In this document: positions 16,349 to 19,482 of the stretch, piece after piece
How the letters are laid out: every line of letters begins with the position of its first letter
Position numbering within the stretch: the stretch's first letter is position 1
DNA from: a candidate division WOR-3 bacterium
GTDB taxonomy: Bacteria > Hydrothermota > Hydrothermia > LBFQ01
Length of the DNA stretch: 19,482 nt
Assembly (NCBI GenBank): GCA_039802605.1
Contig: JBDRWW010000017.1
Location: forward strand, 1 to 19,482
Direction of reading: 5' to 3'
Notes under the pieces: model-generated
What the model saw: the letters and a program-made list of their open reading frames with translations, nothing else
The model's database searches: none
What the model was told of the DNA's origin: nothing
Made by a program: the position numbers and the translations under genes

Positions 16349-17167
16349 TTAAGGTCGAATGTAATAATCCGTTAAATTTTTCTGCAACCACTTGTTTGGA
16401 AAGCCTCCCGTGGTATCCCTTAGGTCTATTTCAAGCCTCCTTCCTATTCCCTTATACGGTATCCAAAACATAAAGGAAGGTAATTTTAGTGTCGAACCGC
16501 TACCGTATCCATCGGTGTATATTATATGAACATGCGTACTATATTCAACCTTTTGGGCGCATAGGTTTTCGCTACCCAAGATTATGGTTAGCGTATCGTT
16601 CTTTACCAAGGCCGATAATTTGTATGCTATCGTATCCGGATTTGAACCGCCTATATAGTTGGCGGGAGGCAATGTATCCCAAGCGCTCTCCCATCGCATT
16701 GGGGGAATTAAGGGATATATGCCAAAGGGCGCATCAAGGTTTATAGGTATTGTTGTGGTATCAAGGGGGGGTTTGAAGATATACTTTACCTTTAAGAATA
16801 TCGTATCCTCCCTCATATAAACATAGAAGGTATCCTGAAATCCGTTATAAGGGCCACCGTAATATGTGTTTATCCAAGTGCTATCATCCACAACCCTCGT
16901 GGTTTCCGCCCACATTTGAAGGGTGTCGGATACACCCGTGCTGTCGGGGTTCAAGGAGGAACCCTTTATGGTTTGGTAAGCCCACCAGGAGCCCACACTA
17001 GTGGGGAAATAACCGGTTCTACCGGTATCGGAGCAGTAGAAATATACCGTATCCGTTGAACAGGTATCGCAAGGGGGGTTTTGGTTATCGTTTAAAGGTG
17101 GAAGTTTTTTCGTACAAGAACCAACAACAACCGCGATTATAAATACCAAAACGCTTATCCAACGCAT
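16349..17167 (-). CDS. Hypothetical beta-rich lipoprotein (YFPxxVGxxWxY type)
   Basis: Lipobox VGSC, YFPTSVGSWWAY and FWIPYKGIGR. TAAAAT lies 7 nt upstream (17175-17180). Confidence 0.65.
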   Translation of the reverse strand: MRWISVLVFIIAVVVGSCTKKLPPLNDNQNPPCDTCSTDTVYFYCSDTGRTGYFPTSVGSWWAYQTIKGSSLNPDSTGVSDTLQMWAETTRVVDDSTWINTYYGGPYNGFQDTFYVYMREDTIFLKVKYIFKPPLDTTTIPINLDAPFGIYPLIPPMRWESAWDTLPPANYIGGSNPDTIAYKLSALVKNDTLTIILGSENLCAQKVEYSTHVHIIYTDGYGSGSTLKLPSFMFWIPYKGIGRRLEIDLRDTTGGFPNKWLQKNLTDYYIRP

Positions 17168-17170
17168 ACT

Positions 17171-17839
17171 TTAAATTTTAAGGATGAAAAACAGAATACC
17201 CACCAACTCGTTTATATACCTCATGTTTTCGTAAAATTTACCGTATGTGGGTAGGAATTTGAGAAAGGGATCTTCCCGTTCCGGCAACGATACACCCACC
17301 ACATAAGCCTTTAACCCCTCTTTTTTCAGCAGAAACTTAATCCTCTTGATGTGATAATCCGAGCTGACTATAACCAATTTGTCCGCATGATTTAAAATGT
17401 TTTTTACAAACTTAACATTCTCGTATGTGTTTTTACTCGTGGTATCCACAAAAGGAACACTGCACCCGAGGTTTTCGGCCATATCTTTCATAAAAATACC
17501 CTCATATTTATGGCCACTTGGAATGATGGGACATTTATAAGTTTTTGATATTTCACAGCCCTTTATAACCCTCCTTATACTCTCATCCGAAACCCCAGAG
17601 CCGAAAACAACGACATAAGAACAGCCTTTTATATTGTCGCTTTTCTCCTCAACCAAATGTTTTAAGGTGCTTTCCCCGATCTCCGATGAAAGAACATAAA
17701 GCATAAGCGCCCCGAGGAAAGAAACCCACCTTATAAATCTCTCCTTTGTGATTATACCTATGAGCATTAACAAAAGTATGTAAATACCGGGTGGAAACAA
17801 CAACGATTTAAGGGTTTTGTAAAAATAAAAGAAAATCAA
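17171..17839 (-). CDS. YdcF/DUF218 (ElyC/SanA-like) membrane-anchored protein
   Basis: LLFPPG after the first helix, SKNTYEN and VSSDYHIKR. The TTG at 17839 is preferred because it lies 6 nt after TATAAT; the ORF track starts at 17869. Confidence 0.82.
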   Translation of the reverse strand: MIFFYFYKTLKSLLFPPGIYILLLMLIGIITKERFIRWVSFLGALMLYVLSSEIGESTLKHLVEEKSDNIKGCSYVVVFGSGVSDESIRRVIKGCEISKTYKCPIIPSGHKYEGIFMKDMAENLGCSVPFVDTTSKNTYENVKFVKNILNHADKLVIVSSDYHIKRIKFLLKKEGLKAYVVGVSLPEREDPFLKFLPTYGKFYENMRYINELVGILFFILKI

Positions 17840-17845
17840 GAGGGG

Positions 17846-17863
17846 ATTATACAACCGTATAAT
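17846..17863. promoter_or_regulatory. Bidirectional promoter ATTATA-caaccg-TATAAT
   Basis: A perfect TATAAT on each strand sits between the divergent YdcF and YceI genes. Confidence 0.65.
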
Positions 17864-17873
17864 TCTCAATGCT

Positions 17874-18407
17874 ATGTTTTTATCCTTTTACCTTGTAGGT
17901 GGTTTTGTCCAATACAAGGCCGTCGTAAAAACCCTTGGGGCATTACCAGATCCAATAGTTGGTAAGAATAAAGAGGTTGAACTTGTATCCGCAAACATAA
18001 AGGCCGATTCAAGCGTGGAATTCCAATTGAAAATACCGGTAAGCGCTTTTAGGTCCGGAAACAGGCAAAGGGATGTTGATGTTGCGAAAATTTTGGGTTA
18101 TCCGGAACACCGGTTTATAACCTTTGAACTTATAGATATAAAAAGGTGGGAAGTAAATAAATTCTTAACCGAAAAAGAGGGGGATATATACGCAAATTGC
18201 AAATTAACGATTAAGGGGAATCCTAAGGATTACAATTTCAAAATACGCTTCAAATGGTTGGACGACGAAACGGTTAAATTAACAACGGAAAAAACGGTTA
18301 AATTTACCGACTTTGGAATAGACCCCCCGACGCTTATGGGCTTTGTTAAAAGGGCGGAGGATCGCCTTGATATTTCGGGGGAAATTGTTTTAAAGGTTAG
18401 GAAATGA
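17874..18407 (+). CDS. YceI family (polyisoprenoid/lipid-binding) protein
   Basis: IPVSAFRSGNRQRD, FITF, LTIKG and FTDFGIDPP motifs. Confidence 0.85.
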   Translation: MFLSFYLVGGFVQYKAVVKTLGALPDPIVGKNKEVELVSANIKADSSVEFQLKIPVSAFRSGNRQRDVDVAKILGYPEHRFITFELIDIKRWEVNKFLTEKEGDIYANCKLTIKGNPKDYNFKIRFKWLDDETVKLTTEKTVKFTDFGIDPPTLMGFVKRAEDRLDISGEIVLKVRK

Positions 18408-18859
18408 TGGGGATACTTTTTAACATAATTTTGGCGCATGAGGGGGGACATGAGGAGTATTTGAAGGAAACCCCCACATTTACCTTGCACAGGTATATGG
18501 GATACGCCATAATAATAGGCAGCGCCATAAATGTGGGGACGGGTTTATACCTTTTGAACCAATATGAAAACGGCAAGGTCCCACCGGATTACATAAGGAT
18601 TCCCCATAGGGCAATGGGATATACGGTCTTCACGTTATCAACGATACAAACGGCCCTTGGAACATACAACAACTTTAAACTATGGAAGGAGGAAGGTAGG
18701 TTAAAAAGGTTAATCCACGGAGCATTGGCATATGCCGCAACGGGTAGTTATCTGTATGCGGGATATAAGGCTTATAAGGGGGATTTTGAATCGCACCGGA
18801 ACTTTATGCTTTTGGCATCGGGATTATCGGCGATTACCGGAATTTGGATAATATTTTGA
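18404..18859 (+). CDS. Four-helix membrane protein with a His at the start of each helix (cytochrome b561-like, tentative)
   Basis: LHRYMGY, PHRAMGY, IHGALAY and SHRNFML each precede a hydrophobic segment. ATGA-coupled to the YceI gene. Confidence 0.5.
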   Translation: MMGILFNIILAHEGGHEEYLKETPTFTLHRYMGYAIIIGSAINVGTGLYLLNQYENGKVPPDYIRIPHRAMGYTVFTLSTIQTALGTYNNFKLWKEEGRLKRLIHGALAYAATGSYLYAGYKAYKGDFESHRNFMLLASGLSAITGIWIIF

Positions 18860-18906
18860 AATATGAAAAGGTTAGGTTTTGTTGGGGATACCACCTCCCG
18901 CCACAA

Positions 18907-18922
18907 AGCCGTAGGAACGGCT
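18907..18922. other. GC-rich hairpin AGCCGT-AGGA-ACGGCT (possible terminator or RNA-stability element)
   Basis: 6-bp perfect stem 47 nt after the stop at 18859, with no clear U-tract. Confidence 0.3.
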
Positions 18923-19026
18923 GGCAAATGTTATATATTTACATAGCAAACGGTAATTCCACGCAACACCTTAACACCGGATAAAGGGCAGGTAGTAAAA
19001 CTTTTCAACATTAAAATGCTTTTCTT

Positions 19027-19482
19027 ATGGTAATGTTAGCATTAATAACATCTTTGCCGCTGGAAGGCATAACCCCAAAGCCCGACAAAAGGGCTGGGAA
19101 GATATACGAGGAAGGGATAAGGATGATCTTCACACAGAATGTAGGGCAAATACCAAACGATGAAGTGGTCTTCTACACAATACACCCAAGCGTTGTGTAT
19201 GTTCTAAGGAACGGGAAAATAAACATAAACGGGACAACAATAGACTTTGGTAAGGAGCCGAGGTTTATAACCGGAGATATGGAACAGATAACGAGGGTAT
19301 CGTACTTTGGGAACAACAAGAGCATAAGCGGGATAGCCACATACAAGAGGGTTGTGTTAAAAGAGGTATATCCGAATGTGGATGTTATACTAACGGCGGA
19401 TGGAAAAGGGGTAATAGAGTTCCAGTATATAGTAAAGCCTGGTGGCAATGTTAAGGACATAAGGGTTAAAGTTGAAGGGGAG
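19027..19482 (+). CDS. N-terminus of a large secreted SBBP-repeat-type surface protein, 3'-truncated and absent from the ORF track
   Basis: Open frame MVMLALITSLPLEG...FTQNVGQ...YKRVVLKEVYPNVDV...EFQYIVKPGGNVKDIRV, resembling the conserved N-terminal domain of SBBP/T9SS proteins. TAAAAT (19012-19017) lies 9 nt upstream. Confidence 0.75.
   Translation, partial: MVMLALITSLPLEGITPKPDKRAGKIYEEGIRMIFTQNVGQIPNDEVVFYTIHPSVVYVLRNGKININGTTIDFGKEPRFITGDMEQITRVSYFGNNKSISGIATYKRVVLKEVYPNVDVILTADGKGVIEFQYIVKPGGNVKDIRVKVEGE

Noticed and set aside
754..18490. Numerous short alternative-frame or antisense ORFs (e.g. 754-966, 1863-2150, 4316-4663, 6266-6703, 13735-14007, 18230-18490)
   Set aside because: They lie mostly within well-supported genes, show no motifs, and have the S/P/F/L-rich composition typical of shadow ORFs.
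18946..18995. GCAAAC...ACGCAA resembling a c-di-GMP-I riboswitch
   Set aside because: It lacks the GNRA-capped stem and the second hairpin, and it lies upstream of the apparent -10 box at 19012. An Rfam scan would settle it.
19173..19460. 95-aa minus-strand ORF in the track
   Set aside because: It is the antisense shadow of the plus-strand CDS starting at 19027.

Overview
Very gene-dense bacterial chromosomal segment with about 25 CDSs, one tRNA-Glu(CTC) and almost no intergenic space. A T9SS-type C-terminal domain, many lipoproteins and heavy AGG/ATA codon use suggest a thermophilic diderm related to the FCB group such as WOR-3; this is inference only. Recognisable genes are ugd, gatB, a PlsC-like acyltransferase, a polyprenol kinase, two tandem Uma2 nucleases, a gluzincin peptidase, an RlmI-like methyltransferase, an exported HMA protein, tadA, era, YdcF and YceI. 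The main oddities are: (1) an operon encoding a Tat-signal-bearing truncated PqqD/RRE protein, an FtsE-like ATPase with degenerate catalytic residues and a 16-aa-repeat solenoid lipoprotein; (2) a TadA that naturally carries Ile/Asn at the positions of the base-editor mutations A106V/D108N; (3) window-wide near-leaderless (CCT)TANAAT promoters, including two palindromic bidirectional ones; (4) several apparently exported proteins with ultra-short N-terminal signals; (5) a Uma2 array with a remnant of a third copy; (6) a CDS starting 2 nt after a CCA-less tRNA. No integrase, transposase or CRISPR array was seen.
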